From Candidatus Woesearchaeota archaeon (GTDB taxonomy: Archaea; Nanobdellota; Nanobdellia; Woesearchaeales; ARS49): a stretch of 64,000 nt of DNA. The notes beneath the pieces were generated by a model. The model saw only the letters and a program-made list of their open reading frames with translations. It searched no databases and was not told the origin of the DNA. Location: NCBI GenBank assembly GCA_038884575.1, contig JAWABQ010000002.1, forward strand, positions 16,893-80,892. The letters run 5' to 3'. Each line of letters starts with the position of its first letter. The stretch's first letter is position 1. Below are positions 27,446-38,323 of the stretch, in pieces. A program made the position numbers and the translations under genes.

Positions 27446-30073
27446 ATGGACCAACGCGCAATTGTTCCAAAATGGCAGGCAAGATGGAACGAGAAAAAAG
27501 TATTCAAGAGCCGCGACAAATCAAAAAAGCCAAAATTCTACAATTTAGAAATGTTCCCTTACCCATCTGCTTATGGGTTGCACGCAGGACACATGCGCAA
27601 TTATTCCATTGGCGACACAATCGCACGCTACAAGAGAATGAACGGCTTCAATGTCCTTTACCCGATGGGCTTTGACGCCTTTGGCCTGCCTGCCGAGAAC
27701 GCTGCAATAAAGCAAAAAATACACCCAAAAGAATACACCGAGAAGGCAATAGCCTCGCTGACAGGAAGCATGAAGCGCCTTGGCTTCAGCTATGACTGGG
27801 ACAGAACACTTGCCACGTGCTATCCTGAATACTACAAATGGAACCAGTATTTCTTCCTGAAATTCCTTGAAAAAGGCCTGGCTTACCGCAAGCATGCACC
27901 CATCAACTGGTGCCCGTCCTGCGGAACAGTGCTTGCAAACGAGCAGGTTGTTGACTCAAAATGCTGGAGATGCGAAAGCAAGGTCGAAGTCAGGGACTTG
28001 GAGCAGTGGTTCTTCAAAATAACACAGTATGCTGATGAACTGCTCAATGAAGTTGACAACCTCAACTGGCCTGAAAGAATCAAGGCAATGCAAAAAAACT
28101 GGATAGGAAGAAGCGAAGGAACACTCATAGAATTCCAAATCAAGGATTCTGAACTGAAACTGCCTGTTTTCACGACACGCCCGGACACTCTTTTCGGACT
28201 GACCTTTGTGGTTATTGCTCCAGAGCACCCAATAGTCCATGAGCTGGTCCATGGCACAAAGTATGAGGAAGAGGTAAAGAAGTTCGCGAGCAAGGTCGTG
28301 ATGGAAGAAAAGTTTTCCCGCGCTGCAGAGGACAAGGAAAAAGAAGGAATGTTCATAGGAAGACACGTAATACACCCATTCACAGGCAAGGACGTGCCAA
28401 TATACATTGCAAACTTTGTCCTGCTCGACTACGGAACAGGCGCAGTAATGGCAGTGCCGGCACACGACACGCGCGACTACGCATTTGCCAAAAAGTACAA
28501 CATACCAATAATCCCTGTCATAAAGCCAAAAGACAAAGAGCTGATTTTGCCATATGTTGACGAAGGGATATTGTTTGATTCAGGGGAGTTCAGCGGTCTG
28601 CCTTCACAGCAGGCAATACACGAAATCACTGTCGCACTTGAAAAGAAAAAAGCAGGCGGGGCAACAGTAAGCTACAAGCTTAGGGACTGGCTCATCTCAA
28701 GGCAACGCTATTGGGGAACGCCAATTCCAATAATTTACTGCCCACAATGCGGCACAGTGCCTGTTCCTGAGAAAGATTTGCCTGTCAAGCTGCCTGAAAA
28801 AGTGCATTTCACAGGACAGGGAAACCCCTTGGCTAACACTCCAAGTTTTGTGAACGTCAAATGCCCCAAGTGCAAGGGAAAGGCAAAGCGCGAAACAGAC
28901 ACAATGGACACGTTCGTGGACAGCTCATGGTACTTTTTGAGGTATTGCTCAAACAAGGAGAAAAAACAGGCATTCAATCCTGAAAAAGTAAAATACTGGA
29001 TGCCTGTAGACCAGTACATCGGCGGAGCAGAACACGCAGTAATGCACCTGCTCTATGCACGATTCTTCACAAAAGTTCTCAGGGACTTGGGACTGCTCAA
29101 GTTCGGAGAGCCATTCAAGGCACTTTTCAACCAGGGAATGGTGCTTAAGGATGGGGCAAAGATGAGCAAAAGCCACGGAAACGTGGTCTCGCAAGAAGAA
29201 ATCGAACAAAAATACGGAATAGACACTGCAAGATTGTTCATGCTCTTTGTTGCATCACCAGGAAAGGACATAGAATGGAGCGAGGAAGGGGTGCAGGGAA
29301 GCTACAGGTTTGTCCAAAGGCTCGAAGCGCTGTACAAGAAGGAGAAATCACCCAAGCCTGACAAGGCAGTAGAAAGCAAAATCCACAGCACACTCAAGGC
29401 AGTTACTGAGTACATGTCAACATTTGAGCTCAACAAGGCAATAATTGCAATAATGGACTGCGTGGAATTCCTTGAAAAAAGGCAAACACTGCACCAGAAG
29501 TCATTAGAAATATTGACTCTGATGCTTGCGCCATTCATTCCGCACATTGCAGAAGAACTTTGGGAAATGCTTGGAAAAAAGCCATTTGCCTGCACGCAGA
29601 AATGGCCAAAGTTTGACGCCAAAAAGATAAACCCTGAGCTTGAATACCAGCAAGCACTTTACCAGAAGCTGGTTGGAGACATTAATGATGTCCTGAAGCT
29701 CACAAAGATACTCAAGCCAATGGCAATCAAACTGTTCATAGCCGACCAGTGGAAGAGCGACTTTTACAGGGAAATCAAAGCACAGTTTGAAAAGACAAAG
29801 AATGCCGGAGAAATAATCAAGAACCTAATGGCAGGGCCTTTGAGAAAGCACGGCGACGCAATAAGCAAAATGGTTCCGAAATTAGTCCAGGAGCCAGGAA
29901 GGATTCCAGAGCACATTCTCGGCCAGAAAAAAGAAATGGCTGCATTCCTGGAAATGAAGGAACAACTGGCAAAAGAATACAGCTGCTCAGTTGAAATAGT
30001 AAAAGAGCAGGACACGCAGGAGCAAAAGGCAAAGAACGCGCTTCCCGGAAAGCCGGCAATCGTGATTGTCTGA
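27446..30073 (+). CDS. leuS: leucyl-tRNA synthetase (archaeal/eukaryotic type)
   Basis: 875 aa. [16 protein letters not shown] (HIGH region), CP1 editing-domain insert and KMSKSHGN. Confidence 0.85.
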   Translation: MDQRAIVPKWQARWNEKKVFKSRDKSKKPKFYNLEMFPYPSAYGLHAGHMRNYSIGDTIARYKRMNGFNVLYPMGFDAFGLPAENAAIKQKIHPKEYTEKAIASLTGSMKRLGFSYDWDRTLATCYPEYYKWNQYFFLKFLEKGLAYRKHAPINWCPSCGTVLANEQVVDSKCWRCESKVEVRDLEQWFFKITQYADELLNEVDNLNWPERIKAMQKNWIGRSEGTLIEFQIKDSELKLPVFTTRPDTLFGLTFVVIAPEHPIVHELVHGTKYEEEVKKFASKVVMEEKFSRAAEDKEKEGMFIGRHVIHPFTGKDVPIYIANFVLLDYGTGAVMAVPAHDTRDYAFAKKYNIPIIPVIKPKDKELILPYVDEGILFDSGEFSGLPSQQAIHEITVALEKKKAGGATVSYKLRDWLISRQRYWGTPIPIIYCPQCGTVPVPEKDLPVKLPEKVHFTGQGNPLANTPSFVNVKCPKCKGKAKRETDTMDTFVDSSWYFLRYCSNKEKKQAFNPEKVKYWMPVDQYIGGAEHAVMHLLYARFFTKVLRDLGLLKFGEPFKALFNQGMVLKDGAKMSKSHGNVVSQEEIEQKYGIDTARLFMLFVASPGKDIEWSEEGVQGSYRFVQRLEALYKKEKSPKPDKAVESKIHSTLKAVTEYMSTFELNKAIIAIMDCVEFLEKRQTLHQKSLEILTLMLAPFIPHIAEELWEMLGKKPFACTQKWPKFDAKKINPELEYQQALYQKLVGDINDVLKLTKILKPMAIKLFIADQWKSDFYREIKAQFEKTKNAGEIIKNLMAGPLRKHGDAISKMVPKLVQEPGRIPEHILGQKKEMAAFLEMKEQLAKEYSCSVEIVKEQDTQEQKAKNALPGKPAIVIV

Positions 30074-30079
30074 GGGTTT

Positions 30080-30499
30080 TTACCGCTCCAGGTACCTTTG
30101 CTGCGGCGGTTTCCGGTGCCAAAATGCCCCTTTTGCCTTATAGTCACGCAATTCGCGCACCAGTTCCCCAAGCCAGAAGTCAAACAAGCTGATGCGCTCA
30201 TCACCAGGATACGATTTTACAAATAATTCCCTCATTGTTTGGGTGATGCCAATTGCAGTCTCCAATTCCAGCGCAGAACGCGCATGCCTGACCCAGTCGC
30301 CGTATTTAGGGACAGCCTTGAGGAATTCTGCAAATCCGTCAATGATTATGCGCATGACAGCAGAGCCATACCTTGCCTCCTTTGTTGTCATCAGGTTTGC
30401 AAACGCCTGAAAGCCCCCAAACCAGTAACCGCTCACTCTTGCTTCATTGAGAATTCCAACACATTCCTGCTTAACCATTATCTCAAGAGGGTCTGCCAT
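30080..30499 (-). CDS. hypothetical protein
   Basis: 139-aa ORF with normal composition. Confidence 0.45.
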   Translation of the reverse strand: MADPLEIMVKQECVGILNEARVSGYWFGGFQAFANLMTTKEARYGSAVMRIIIDGFAEFLKAVPKYGDWVRHARSALELETAIGITQTMRELFVKSYPGDERISLFDFWLGELVRELRDYKAKGAFWHRKPPQQRYLER

Positions 30500-30585
30500 A
30501 ATCCTGCAGAAACAATGTTTGGTTTATATTCTTAACTGTTTATCTTTTTTTTATGTACCGTGATTTTCAGAAGATTCCTGTTATT

Positions 30586-30872
30586 AAGAAGCGGGCGGAC
30601 GCGCAATCCGGTGGACATAGAAAAGAACAAACGGTTTGACCCTGAACTTTCCTCGGTTCCGCACCCCCGCAAGCATTCACCCTTACAGTTAGCGCTGCTG
30701 CCTTCCGGCCCTGACGCGGTTCCTACAAGAGCAACCCTGCAGGACAGAACGTCAACGTCCAGTTCAGGACCATTTGCACCATCCTAGGCCGCTCGGACTG
30801 CTTCTCCCCACCATAAAGCCGATTTGAGGTGACAGGAGACGGCTAACCTCCCGGAAAAGCCCGCCCAGAACA
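30586..30872 (-). ncRNA. ffs: signal recognition particle RNA (7S RNA)
   Basis: The minus strand contains CAGGGCCGGAAGGCAGCAGC, a helix-8-like SRP54-binding motif. The 5' GGGCGGGC pairs with the 3' GCCCGC terminal helix. Length is about 290 nt. The plus-strand ORF 30560-30787 is rejected. Confidence 0.65.
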
Positions 30873-30917
30873 ATGAGCATAATAACGTTTTTAAATCTAA
30901 TGGTTTGAAGTCAGCGT

Positions 30918-31973
30918 ATGGCAACACCGCTTCATGTCGCTGACCGCGCGCTTTCTGAAACAAGCAGGGCAACGCACCTGCTGTCATACCTAAACCCGAC
31001 AAATTTGCAGGAAGAGGCGCAGACATTCTTTGCGAGCCGGAATTATGAGCCAAAATTCACTTACAGAACTTTCACAAGGGCAGATACATTAAGAACAAGG
31101 CTTGAAGCCATAAACATAGCAGAGAAGACGCCTCTTGGACAGCTTTTCAGGGACGTAAAGGAAAGGCTGCTGTTGTCAGTGGGAATGCTGGAGAGTATGG
31201 GGAAAAAAAGCTTTGCAGAAACACTTCTTTATGGCGCTCCTTCAAAAGAACTTGTAAGAAAAGCATACTTGTTGCTCGAGAAAACGCCAAGGAAGCCAAT
31301 TCCAACAAAGCCTTATGCAGCAACATACATGAAATCAGCAATTGAAAAAGCATTGCTGCAGCATGGATTCACAGGGTGGCATACTGCAATAAAGCCCGCT
31401 GTTGCAAGAGTTGCAGTAAGCCCCTCAAAAAGGACAATAGTGATAAGGGACAACGCAAAATTCTCCTCCATCGGCGTGAAATGCATACTTGCGCACGAAA
31501 TAGGGGTGCATGTCCTGCGGTCAATGAACGGCTACAGGCAGAAATATAAGATTTTCGGCACAGATGCAATCCCTGGCTACCTGCAGACAGAAGAGGGGTT
31601 GGCAGTACTGCATGAGAAAAAGGCCGGCTGCCTCACAAACAACAGGCTCAGGAGGTATGCAGGAAGGGTGATTGCTGCCTCAATGGCATTGAAATGCGGC
31701 TTCAGGGATGTTTTCAACGAGCTTACAAAGTTTTTCCCGCCCAAAGAGGCATTTGAAATGACAGCAAGGGTAAAGCGCGGGCTAAAAGACACATCACAGG
31801 CAGGAGGGTTTATCAAAGACCACGTTTACCTTGAAGGAAAGCTTGAAATTGAAGAATTTATTGCCAAAGGAAATGACATAACGCCTGTGTATGCAGGAAA
31901 AATCGGGCTTGAGCACATACCGCTTGTTGAGGATGGCACGATTTTGCAGCCCATTTACTTGCCAAAATTCTGA
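30918..31973 (+). CDS. DUF1704 / QEGLA-motif protein (putative zinc-dependent peptidase)
   Basis: 351 aa with ILAHEIGVHVLRS (HExxH) and LQTEEGLAVLHE (the QEGLA motif). Confidence 0.6.
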   Translation: MATPLHVADRALSETSRATHLLSYLNPTNLQEEAQTFFASRNYEPKFTYRTFTRADTLRTRLEAINIAEKTPLGQLFRDVKERLLLSVGMLESMGKKSFAETLLYGAPSKELVRKAYLLLEKTPRKPIPTKPYAATYMKSAIEKALLQHGFTGWHTAIKPAVARVAVSPSKRTIVIRDNAKFSSIGVKCILAHEIGVHVLRSMNGYRQKYKIFGTDAIPGYLQTEEGLAVLHEKKAGCLTNNRLRRYAGRVIAASMALKCGFRDVFNELTKFFPPKEAFEMTARVKRGLKDTSQAGGFIKDHVYLEGKLEIEEFIAKGNDITPVYAGKIGLEHIPLVEDGTILQPIYLPKF

Positions 31974-32026
31974 ACTTATTCTGCAGTCTCGAAATCTTTA
32001 TTAAAAGCATAAAAGATCAGGGCATT

Positions 32027-32863
32027 ATGCCTTCACGGCTCGTATTCTTGGGGACTGCGGGGAACCTTGGAGTAGTAAGCAAGCAGTCAAGAAGCTCAGG
32101 AGGGTTTGTTGTCCAGGCAGGGGAACTTCAGCTGCACATTGATCCAGGGCCGGGCGCTTTGACAAATGCAGCTCTTTGCGGCATAAATGTCAGGGCGCAC
32201 ACTGCAATACTTGCATCCCATGCGCACCTGAACCACTGCAATGACCTGAACGCGCTAATAAACGCAATGACACTGAACGGGCTTGACTCCCACGGACTGC
32301 TTGTCGCGCCTGACAGCATTGTGAACGGCACAGAGCACATAAAGCCTGTGCTGCACACGCACTTCGCAAACCACCTTGAAAAAATAATAATTGCCCAGCC
32401 AAACAAGAAAATAGGCATAGAAAGCATAGAGGTGCACACGCTTATTGCAAGACATTCTGACCTGCATTCGCTTGGCTTCAAGATTTTCACCCCTGAATTC
32501 GTGCTTGCATACACAGGTGACACAAGCTATGATCCCGAGATTGCAAAACAATACGAAGGGGCGGACATACTTGTGGTCAACTGCCAGCACCCTGGAAAAA
32601 GCAAGGAGCCGGGGCTGTGCACCGCAGATGTCATCAGGATTTTGAGAAAAGCCCAGCCCAAGCTGTGCATCCTGACGCACTTCTCCCAGAAAATGATTGA
32701 TGCAAAGCCATTGTACGAGGCAAGGGAAATACAAAGGCAGTCAGGGGTGCAGGTAATAGCATCAGAAGACAGAATGACTCTTGACCCTGCATCTTATTCT
32801 GCAGAATTAAAGCAGAAAACCCTTGGGCTGTTCACATCAGGAAAAGAAGGCCATAGCCAATAA
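32027..32863 (+). CDS. MBL-fold metallo-hydrolase
   Basis: 278 aa. HAHLNHCNDL matches HxHxDH. Confidence 0.65.
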   Translation: MPSRLVFLGTAGNLGVVSKQSRSSGGFVVQAGELQLHIDPGPGALTNAALCGINVRAHTAILASHAHLNHCNDLNALINAMTLNGLDSHGLLVAPDSIVNGTEHIKPVLHTHFANHLEKIIIAQPNKKIGIESIEVHTLIARHSDLHSLGFKIFTPEFVLAYTGDTSYDPEIAKQYEGADILVVNCQHPGKSKEPGLCTADVIRILRKAQPKLCILTHFSQKMIDAKPLYEAREIQRQSGVQVIASEDRMTLDPASYSAELKQKTLGLFTSGKEGHSQ

Positions 32864-33704
32864 GGCAGCCGATGGTAAGGAAGGGCATTGCAGGATAAAA
32901 TTTCTTCTTCTGGCCATAAAGCAGCAGGCAAAGCAGCGCAATGGTGGCGCAAATTGCAACAATGACTGACTGCTGCAGCCCTGCTGTTTTCATCACAACG
33001 CCTGCAAAAATAAGCGGGAAGCCGATGTCGCCGCCTCCAAGGATTGCTGTCCTGACGCTGCCTGGCTTTTCAGGCGCCTTCAGGACAATTTTTTTGGGCA
33101 GGTAAGGAAGCAAAAGCCCTGCAAAAATGCCGGTCTTTGCCTGGAACTGCGCCATCCTTGTCATGTGCTTGGAGCGCCAGACTGCATACATGTCATAAGC
33201 TGAAATCAGGAGCAGCAGGATTATTGCTGTCAAAGGGGTCAGCAAAGGCACAAATATGACAGCAAGGCCGCCGTAAATGAAGAGTTCTGTTGCATTGTGG
33301 ACAAGCACCCCCGGCCTGAAGATTTTCCAGGTGCCAAGGATTAATGCAAGCAAAACCGCATAACTGCTCGGCATGAACGCCGAAAATGCAATGTGCAGGC
33401 ACAGCACAACAGCCAGCCAGAACCAGAGCTTCCAGAGCACAACCTTCTGCCAGCGGATAATGACCAAAAGGAGCATTGTGCCAATAACAAGCGCAATAAA
33501 GATGTAGACTGCTGAAGTCATCGGTGGCGCTTCAGGACGCTCTATTCCAATGCCTGCGACAGAGGGAAGGGCTTTCCATTCAACCCTTCCTGTTTCAGCC
33601 GTCTTTTGGACGTCAACATAAGAATTGATTACCGCAAGCCCTATGACCTGGGCAAGCAAAAACATTCCTACCAGCAAAAAAGTTACAGACCAGTTGTGCT
33701 TCAT
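32832..33704 (-). CDS. presenilin / signal-peptide-peptidase homolog (A22 intramembrane aspartyl protease, PSH-like)
   Basis: 290 aa, polytopic. ISAYDMYAV (YD), ILGGGDIGFPLIF (GxGD) and PAMPF (PAL-like). Confidence 0.65.
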   Translation of the reverse strand: MKHNWSVTFLLVGMFLLAQVIGLAVINSYVDVQKTAETGRVEWKALPSVAGIGIERPEAPPMTSAVYIFIALVIGTMLLLVIIRWQKVVLWKLWFWLAVVLCLHIAFSAFMPSSYAVLLALILGTWKIFRPGVLVHNATELFIYGGLAVIFVPLLTPLTAIILLLLISAYDMYAVWRSKHMTRMAQFQAKTGIFAGLLLPYLPKKIVLKAPEKPGSVRTAILGGGDIGFPLIFAGVVMKTAGLQQSVIVAICATIALLCLLLYGQKKKFYPAMPFLTIGCLIGYGLLFLM

Positions 33705-33724
33705 GCTCCTGCAGGCGGTGAAAG

Positions 33725-33733
33725 CTTATATAA
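33725..33733 (+). promoter_or_regulatory. TATA box (CTTATATAA) about 25 bp upstream of the ATG at 33756
   Basis: AAAGCTTATATAAACC gives a near-leaderless transcript. Confidence 0.45.
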
Positions 33734-33755
33734 ACCCTGCGTTTTGCAGCCTGGA

Positions 33756-34214
33756 ATGAAATACCTCAACAATGTTGTGGTTTCTGTCTTTGCCAAGCCT
33801 TCTGAAGAGGATGTTATTGCTGTCCGAAATGGGCTTGTTGAGCTTGTTCCGCTAAACCTGGCAGAGGAAAAGATAGAGGTAAAAGAGGAGACTGCGCAAG
33901 GATTTAACGAGCAGCAGATAAAAATATTCACAATAACGCTCAACAAGGAGTCGCACACAAATGCATTCCTGAAAGCTATGTTAAATAGGTTAACAACAGA
34001 GCAGAAAGAACTTTTGCTCCGTCAGAAGGAGTCAAGGCTTGATGCTGATTTGTGCTTTTTCATCAGGATTGACAAGGGCAAATGGCTTTCTGACAGGCGC
34101 ATTTTCATAACAGACTCAGGGCAATGCTTCCACATCAGGATGCAACTGGCTGCATTTCCCGCCAGCCGCGAGGCAGCTCTTGTCCTTGTTGAGAAGATTT
34201 TTAAACCCGAATAG
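33756..34214 (+). CDS. hypothetical protein
   Basis: The start is trimmed to the Met at 33756, which removes the overlap with the presenilin gene and fits the TATA box. 153 aa. Confidence 0.45.
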   Translation: MKYLNNVVVSVFAKPSEEDVIAVRNGLVELVPLNLAEEKIEVKEETAQGFNEQQIKIFTITLNKESHTNAFLKAMLNRLTTEQKELLLRQKESRLDADLCFFIRIDKGKWLSDRRIFITDSGQCFHIRMQLAAFPASREAALVLVEKIFKPE

Positions 34215-34228
34215 TCAAACTGCAGGGC

Positions 34229-35320
34229 ATGGCATTGATAATTGACCCGTGGGGCGCAGAGCTTCCTGCGGAATATGAAAAAATCGTGAAACAGTTCGGG
34301 CTGGAGGTATTTGACTCCTCATTATTCCCTGAACCAAACAGGCTTATGAGGAGGAAAATCGTCTTTGCATCCAGGGACCAGAAAGTTATAGCTGACTGCA
34401 TCAGGAAAAAGAAGCCTTACTATGCCCTGACTGGAATAATGCCAACTGCTGACAAGGTTCACTTCGGCACAAAAATGGTTGTGGAGCAGATGCGCTACTT
34501 CCAGGAGCACGGCGCAAAGACATATGTGCTTGTTGCAGACCTTGAGGCAGCAACAACAAGGGGCGTTTCGCTGGAAATTGCGCGAAAAAGGGCGCTTGAC
34601 TTCCACATTCCTGCTTACATCGCGCTTGGGCTTGACCCTAAGAAGACAATTTTCTACTTCCAAAGCGAGAACAAGGACGTTATGCACCTCGCATACGAGG
34701 CGGCCCAAAGGATAACACTTAACGAGTTCAAAGCTGTTTACGGCAGTGCAGACCCCTCAAGGATAATGGCTGCTGTAACGCAGGTCGGAGACATACTTTT
34801 CCCGCAGCTTGAGGAGAAAATGCCAGGCATAATCCCTGTTGGCATTGACCAGGACCCGCACATCAGGCTTACAAGGGATGTTGTCGAACGCTCAGGAAGG
34901 ATGCACAAGCTCATTCCTCCGGCAGGAATCTACCACAAGTTCACGCCATCGCTTGACGGCACGCTGAAAATGAGCAAAAGCAAGCCAGGAAGCTGCATAG
35001 AACTGCCAGAAGACCCAAAAGAAGTGTGCAAGAAAATACAAAAGGCAGTCAGCGGCGGAAGAAAAACAGAAGAAGAGCACAGAAAGCTCGGCGCAGAGGT
35101 TGAAAAAGACATGGTATTTGAGCTCTTGAAAATGCATCTGATAGAGAACGACAACAAGCTTGAAATGATTTACCAACAATACAAGACAGGGCAGATGCTT
35201 TCAGGCGAGCTGAAGAAGATTGCATGCGAGGCAATGACAGCATTCATGAACTACTTTGTTGAACGGCTTGAGGAGGCGCGCAAGATTGTCCCTGACCTTA
35301 AGTTCATAAAGTTCAGCTAG
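34229..35320 (+). CDS. trpS: tryptophanyl-tRNA synthetase
   Basis: 363 aa. DPWG...Y.K....FG...FASRD...KKPYYALTG matches the TrpRS-specific N-terminal pattern also seen in eukaryotic TrpRS, and KMSKSKP is present. Confidence 0.75.
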   Translation: MALIIDPWGAELPAEYEKIVKQFGLEVFDSSLFPEPNRLMRRKIVFASRDQKVIADCIRKKKPYYALTGIMPTADKVHFGTKMVVEQMRYFQEHGAKTYVLVADLEAATTRGVSLEIARKRALDFHIPAYIALGLDPKKTIFYFQSENKDVMHLAYEAAQRITLNEFKAVYGSADPSRIMAAVTQVGDILFPQLEEKMPGIIPVGIDQDPHIRLTRDVVERSGRMHKLIPPAGIYHKFTPSLDGTLKMSKSKPGSCIELPEDPKEVCKKIQKAVSGGRKTEEEHRKLGAEVEKDMVFELLKMHLIENDNKLEMIYQQYKTGQMLSGELKKIACEAMTAFMNYFVERLEEARKIVPDLKFIKFS

Positions 35321-35361
35321 CCCAGAAACATTTATATATCAAGATATTCACGGGGAGAAGC

Positions 35362-35634
35362 ATGGCAAAAAAGAACAGCCACAGTCATGGCAGTGTCAGA
35401 AGGGATATTCCGGGCGAGCTTCCTGCAGGGGCAAGGGCTTGGACCCCGCTCTCAGCAGGCTTCATGGTTGCCAGCATAGTGGGGTTCTTTGTGTCACTGC
35501 TTTACATAAGCAAGTTTTCACTGCCGATGTCAGTCGCATTTGCAGTTGTGTTTTTGTGCATGTTCCTTGCCTCGATAATATCAATGGGGCGCGCGTCTCC
35601 TGATGCGCAGCTTGCGGCAAGGCCGATAAAATAA
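35362..35634 (+). CDS. small membrane protein (hypothetical)
   Basis: 90 aa with two predicted TM helices. Confidence 0.4.
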   Translation: MAKKNSHSHGSVRRDIPGELPAGARAWTPLSAGFMVASIVGFFVSLLYISKFSLPMSVAFAVVFLCMFLASIISMGRASPDAQLAARPIK

Positions 35635-35653
35635 AAAATCAGGGGGATGGAAA

Positions 35654-36388
35654 ATGAAGCTTGTTGCATTTATAGCGGCATTTTTGATACTTATGCTGGT
35701 TTCCTGCGCTCCTGCACAGCCTGCAGCGCCAGCTGCTCCTGCAGCACCTGCACAGCCTGCAGCCCAGCCAGCAGCGCCTGTTCCGCCAGGACCAACTCCT
35801 GTAGAAACAAAGCCTGTGCCAGCAGTCTCAAAGGAATTGCAGGCGCTCTTAAGCAAGGCAGACCAGAAGGTAAAGAGCTATTCATACCTTGAACTGATAA
35901 TCCCGACAAAGCAGCAGCCTGACAGGTTCTATATCAAGGGCACAAAAGCCAAGATAAAGCTCTACGAGTATGACCCCTATGTTGCAGAAACATACTTTGA
36001 CACAGTCTATCTTGACACTGTTGCAAAGACCGCGGTTGGAAGGTGCGAAAGCAAGCGCAGGTGCATCTGGCCTCAGGGAGACAACACAAAGAAGACATGG
36101 GACAACCTTGACTACAGCAAGTATTTGACAAAAACGCCGTACGAGTTCCTGAAGTCAGTGCCTCCAACAGCAACAATAATTGGCCCTGAGGTGTTTGACC
36201 AGCGCACAACCACAAAGATTGAGTACGAGGAGGGCGGAAAGCTCATCCAGATGTGGATTGATGACACGTATGGAATCCCAAGGGCAATAAGGGTTGTGCC
36301 CTCGTCAGGCCAGGAGCTGAACTACAAGTTCAATGACCTGCAGTTCAACACACTGACAGACGCAGATGTCACGCCGCCGAAGATTTAA
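35654..36388 (+). CDS. secreted/lipoprotein-like protein with an Ala/Pro-rich linker (hypothetical)
   Basis: Signal peptide MKLVAFIAAFLILMLVSC (lipobox-like), then an (PAQPAA)n linker, then a globular domain. Confidence 0.5.
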   Translation: MKLVAFIAAFLILMLVSCAPAQPAAPAAPAAPAQPAAQPAAPVPPGPTPVETKPVPAVSKELQALLSKADQKVKSYSYLELIIPTKQQPDRFYIKGTKAKIKLYEYDPYVAETYFDTVYLDTVAKTAVGRCESKRRCIWPQGDNTKKTWDNLDYSKYLTKTPYEFLKSVPPTATIIGPEVFDQRTTTKIEYEEGGKLIQMWIDDTYGIPRAIRVVPSSGQELNYKFNDLQFNTLTDADVTPPKI

Positions 36389-36404
36389 GGCGGATTTTTT
36401 TATT

Positions 36405-37745
36405 TTAGAATTCCAGCGCTTTCTTTTTTTCCTCAACTATCTTAGGCGCTCCGCCGCCGTGCCAGCTGAACCTGGGGCGCACCTGCATGGGGTACATCCG
36501 CTCATTTACATCATCAATGGCAATGCAGGAGCCTGCAACCCTTGGCAGCAGCGCAAGCTCCTTGTCAAGGCCCACCCTGAGATAGCTCTGGATGATGCTT
36601 CCCATTGCATCAGTGTCAACCTTTGCTGTAAGCCTGTGGGCAAGCACAATGTCTGACTGTGTCATTGCGTCAGTGTGCACCTTTCCAGGCTGCTGTGTTG
36701 CCATGACTATAGCGATTCCTGGCTGGCGCCCCTCCCTGAGCAGGGTTATGAGGGCGTCAGTGGCTGATGTTTTGCCCTGTGCCGGCAGGAACTCGTGCGC
36801 CTCGTCAATCATCAGCCAGACCATGGGCATTTCCTTGCCCCTGAGACGCTCTTCCTCCTCTTCTTCATCTGTGATCAGGTAGTGCATTGCAGAATGGATG
36901 CTCTGGAATTCCTCATTCTTCCTCACAACCATCCTCTCCTTGAACAGCCTTTCAGCAACAAGCCCTATCACAAGGTGCTTTATCTTCCACCCGTTTGGCA
37001 TGACTGCATAAGGGCTCAGGTCGAGGATTGTTACCTGGCCGCCGCTGATTATTTCCTTCAGCGGGGTAGCTTCCCTGCTGAACACGCCCCACTGCTCAAC
37101 GCCCCTGAAGCGGTTGACTGCTGCATTCTTGACATGCTCCTCCTCTTTCGGGTCTGCCTGTATCAGCTCAATAATGTCCTCGACATCATAGTCATCGCGC
37201 TCCTTCTGCAGCGTGAGTATGATTTTTGCAATGAAAACAGCCAACGGGTCTTCTGGATGGATGTCAAAAGTCAGATTCCAGTCTTCAGGAGTCAGTTCAT
37301 AAGGCCTGATTGAGAAAGGGGCATCTGTCGGTATCCCCTCTGACTTGTACTTCTTGAAAAATCCTGTTGGCGTGAAGATTTTGACAGGAATTCCCTTTCC
37401 CTCCATTCCCCACTGTTGCAGCAAGTGCTCGTCCTTGTGGTTCGGGTATTTCATTGTCCAGTAAATGCCCATCGTGTCGAGGAGGACAACAGCCAGCCTT
37501 GAGCGGTATTCATCAGGGAGGGTGGCTATGCCTTCTGCAATTACTCCAAGGCTGTATGACTTTCCTGAGCCCCTTTTTCCGCAGACGAAAACAACGTGCG
37601 CCTTGTTCAGGTCAAGGTAGATGTTCTGCGCCAATGCTGTTGTCTGGCCCATCTGCACATAATGCTTGCCCAGAAGTATTGTGCCGAGTGTTCCAAACTT
37701 CTCCCTTTCAGCCTCCTCCCTTCCAAGAATGATTTCGAATGCCAT
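36405..37745 (-). CDS. HerA-like / DUF87 family ATPase
   Basis: 446 aa. Walker A VFVCGKRGSGKS and Walker B WLMIDEAHEF. Confidence 0.65.
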   Translation of the reverse strand: MAFEIILGREEAEREKFGTLGTILLGKHYVQMGQTTALAQNIYLDLNKAHVVFVCGKRGSGKSYSLGVIAEGIATLPDEYRSRLAVVLLDTMGIYWTMKYPNHKDEHLLQQWGMEGKGIPVKIFTPTGFFKKYKSEGIPTDAPFSIRPYELTPEDWNLTFDIHPEDPLAVFIAKIILTLQKERDDYDVEDIIELIQADPKEEEHVKNAAVNRFRGVEQWGVFSREATPLKEIISGGQVTILDLSPYAVMPNGWKIKHLVIGLVAERLFKERMVVRKNEEFQSIHSAMHYLITDEEEEEERLRGKEMPMVWLMIDEAHEFLPAQGKTSATDALITLLREGRQPGIAIVMATQQPGKVHTDAMTQSDIVLAHRLTAKVDTDAMGSIIQSYLRVGLDKELALLPRVAGSCIAIDDVNERMYPMQVRPRFSWHGGGAPKIVEEKKKALEF

Positions 37746-37787
37746 CCTCTTTTCATTGGGAAATGTGGCAAACGAGTATAAAAAGGT

Positions 37788-38255
37788 TTATGCCCGTTCG
37801 TAATTGCAGACGAGCTTTATTGCAGCAACAAAAAAGCTTGGGGCAGGGATAATGCCATTATTGCCATTGTCCGATGCTGTTTTTACAAGCAGTTTGTACT
37901 TGGCCTCATCATCATTGACAATTATTGCAACCGCGTTTGGCAATTTTCTTGCGTATCGCGTCTGCCTCGCATTGTTGCCTATGACATAAACCCGCCCGCA
38001 CCCGCTTAAAGGGGAATTGAATTCCTCCTGCGCAATCTTTTCAAGAAGCTTTGAAGATGACAAAGAGCTGTTATTGACAACCTTTGCCTCGACAGGCAGC
38101 TTTTCCAGCAAGCCCTTATTTTGAATGCCGCCAATAATTGCGATTTTGGCATCCTTGACCTGAGTCAGGGCGCACAAGCCCTGCCTTGCATAGTCATCAT
38201 GCTTGTTGGTGAGAACATTCTGGTGTATTCCTATGAGAACTTTTTTTGGGTGCAT
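37788..38255 (-). CDS. hypothetical protein (Rossmann-like repeats)
   Basis: 155 aa with KIAIIGG / VYVIGNN / AVAIIVNDD segments. It lies upstream of and co-oriented with the HerA-like gene. Confidence 0.4.
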   Translation of the reverse strand: MHPKKVLIGIHQNVLTNKHDDYARQGLCALTQVKDAKIAIIGGIQNKGLLEKLPVEAKVVNNSSLSSSKLLEKIAQEEFNSPLSGCGRVYVIGNNARQTRYARKLPNAVAIIVNDDEAKYKLLVKTASDNGNNGIIPAPSFFVAAIKLVCNYERA

Positions 38256-38323
38256 ATCAAATGAAAAAAGAAGAAGAATAAAAATGTTTGTATTTCCTGC
38301 CTATACAAAAAATCAAGCAGGCT

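Noticed and set aside
30560-30787. 75-aa plus ORF over the SRP RNA locus
   Set aside because: It is the antisense of the SRP RNA, and a Pro/Ser/Arg-rich artefact.
33606-33755. N-terminal 50 codons of the track ORF 33606-34214
   Set aside because: They overlap the presenilin gene on the opposite strand. A TATA box at 33725 supports the internal Met at 33756 as the start.
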